64,000 nucleotides of DNA, taken from contig CP154954.1 of NCBI GenBank assembly GCA_039621445.1, positions 2,170,001 to 2,234,000 on the forward strand, read 5' to 3'. Below the pieces are notes generated by a model. The model made no database searches and was not told where the DNA came from. It saw nothing but the letters and a program-made list of their open reading frames with translations. A program made the position numbers and the translations under genes. Source of the stretch: Euglena gracilis. Taxonomy: Eukaryota. How positions within the stretch are numbered: the first letter of the stretch is position 1; each line of letters begins with the position of its first letter. This document shows positions 62,101-64,000 of the stretch, piece by piece.

Positions 62101-64000
62101 GTGTCACTTATGGGGGGGGGGTGTTTTCCAGGGTGGTCACTTTTCTTTTTGCAAATGCATACTCCAAAGCGGCGATGCAACAGGAAAGGGATTGCATGGT
62201 CAAAGAGGTGCTGAACATCTCCCTCCTTTTTGTTACGCGGCCTTTCTTTTGGGTCTGACACGGGCATTTTTTGAGATATAAGTGGGCGTATGGGTGAATT
62301 TGCCGTGGGAAAATGGGCTGAAAAAAATTATATTGACTTTTCCAACATTTTTTACCATGAAAATTGCCGTCCCAACCCGAAAAATTGGCCAAAAAAAGCG
62401 ACTTTTTATTCACATTTTTCGGCTTGGAGGAAGACAAAGTTTCTTCGGAATGGAAGACATGAAGCTTCAAAGAAGGTTGGGTGATAAAGCATCAAATAAA
62501 AACACGGGCAAACAATTCCTTGCAAGGTCGTTCATATTTCCCCCCAAAAAATGTTTTTGGTCACGACATATAGGGGATATAGGAGATAGACATATAGGAG
62601 ATATAGGAGGTGGAAAAACCTGTACCTATACCTATACCTATATCTCCTATATCCCTATATTCCTATGTGCAACCCTGGCCGACCCTCCAGAAATAAAACA
62701 GAACAGGCATCTCCAAAATAAATAAAATTTTTGTCACCATTATGAAACATTTGTGATTTTCAGTTCTTGTGGTGAACGCCAAAAGCTCTTTGAAAATCAA
62801 ACGGGGAGCATTCTCCAATTCATTCGAACCTGCTGTCATTTTGGGCTCTTTTCCCAAAAAGGGAACTTATGTTTTATGTCCGTCGGTTTGTGAAGGATCA
62901 CCATAAATATTTGGTAGTGGATAATGGTTTTTTGACATGCAATATTTTTTGATTTTGCGATATTTGCGATACCCCCCCCTTTATTGTCCCACCGACCTGC
63001 CCCCGGGAGGCCCGACCGGACAATAAAGGGGGGGGGACAATAAAGGGGTACCAAAGGAATTTCATTGGCCGGGCCAAAAAAACCCCCCGTCGGCCGGGGC
63101 CCAGGGACAATAAAGGGGGGGGGACAATAAAGGGGGGGGGTGGTATTGTGCGACATCCAATCTCTAACCTTGCCCACTGGGAGGTTTTCAGGATGCCGCT
63201 GCTGCTTCGCGGATCCCGGTTCGACTCCTCGCCAGATTTACTATTGGAGGCTAGGCGTGCCGCTCGGGGGGCAGGGGGGGAGGTCCGCCCCCTGCAGCCG
63301 CTCGCCCCCCCCCCTCGACCCCCCCGTCAGTGCCCCATTTTGGGCCGCCAACTCATTGACTTTGGGTCAAAACCGGGTCAAAAAAGTCGAAAAAATCGCA
63401 AATTTTTTTTGCCCGAAACGCTGTTTTTTGGCCTCCCGAACCCAGAAAACCCGTTTTTGAGCCAAAAATGAGCGATTTTTGACCCCTTGGCCTCCCGTTT
63501 CGGGCACAAAACCCTTGCATTTCAGTCCAAAGAGCTCCACGGAGTGGCCGGGCCGGGCCAGGCCAGGCCGCCGGGCTGCTGGGCCGGGCGGCCGGGCCGC
63601 TGGCCGGGCCAGGCCGGGCCGCCAGCCGGGCCGGGCCGGGCCGGGGCGCCGGTCCGCCGGGCCGCCGGCCGGGCCGGGCCGCTGGGGCCGCCGAGCCGGG
63701 CCAGGCCGGGTCGCCGAGCCGGGGTGGTCTCCCAAAGAGCTCAGCTCTACGTCGCACGCTGGTTGAAGGGCCCGGTAGCCAAACGGGTAAGGAGGGTGTT
63801 TGGCCGGGGACCCCAGAGGGCCACTTGGGGGTGGTGTCGTTCAGGGGAAGGGGTAATACCGTTGTGGGAGGCACAGCTTCACCCAGACCGTGCCCCGGGC
63901 CCAGGGAAACGTCTCTTTTGGCCCTTGCCACAAGGGTCCTGGCCATTTAGGTCATTTAGGGAGCAACAGAGGCTAGGGTTTTCCGGGTCCGGGAGACCAA
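56197..64000 (+). repeat. Segmental duplication, copy 2 (runs off the window end)
   Basis: Matches 16479-24283, including MITEs at 56230-56455, 60810-62677 and 62970-63145. Confidence 0.97.

Noticed and set aside
1-64000. rRNA, intact tRNA, spliced-leader RNA genes, bacterial operons
   Set aside because: No recognisable conserved sequences were found by eye; a covariance-model search would be needed to exclude divergent ncRNAs.

Overview
Repeat-saturated eukaryotic DNA with no intact, confidently functional gene. Short GT-AG introns, CRE/SLACS-clade retrotransposons and poly-G/C-rich MITEs suggest a protist, possibly euglenozoan; this is inference only. Most of the ORF track is spurious. Supportable content: (1) a ~1.8-2.1 kb tandem repeat (1-4729); (2) a decayed, intron-containing hAT/CGGBP-type transposase with two Tudor/chromo-like exons upstream on the same strand (4757-6276); (3) three fragmentary CRE-like non-LTR retrotransposons with RT, CCHC and RLE motifs; (4) a 5.5 kb DNA transposon of unclear superfamily (25-bp perfect TIR CTTAGACGGCGCTACAGGGTATGAT, 5-bp TSD ACTTT) inserted into one CRE copy, with internal palindromes and decayed cargo, one frame looking 2OG-Fe(II)/AlkB-like; (5) many MITEs in three classes: CAG...CTG with 8-bp TSD, CAGGG...CCCTG with 7-bp TSD, and TA-flanked, often nested; (6) a near-identical duplication of at least 7.8 kb (16479-24283 = 56197-64000); (7) many mini- and microsatellites.
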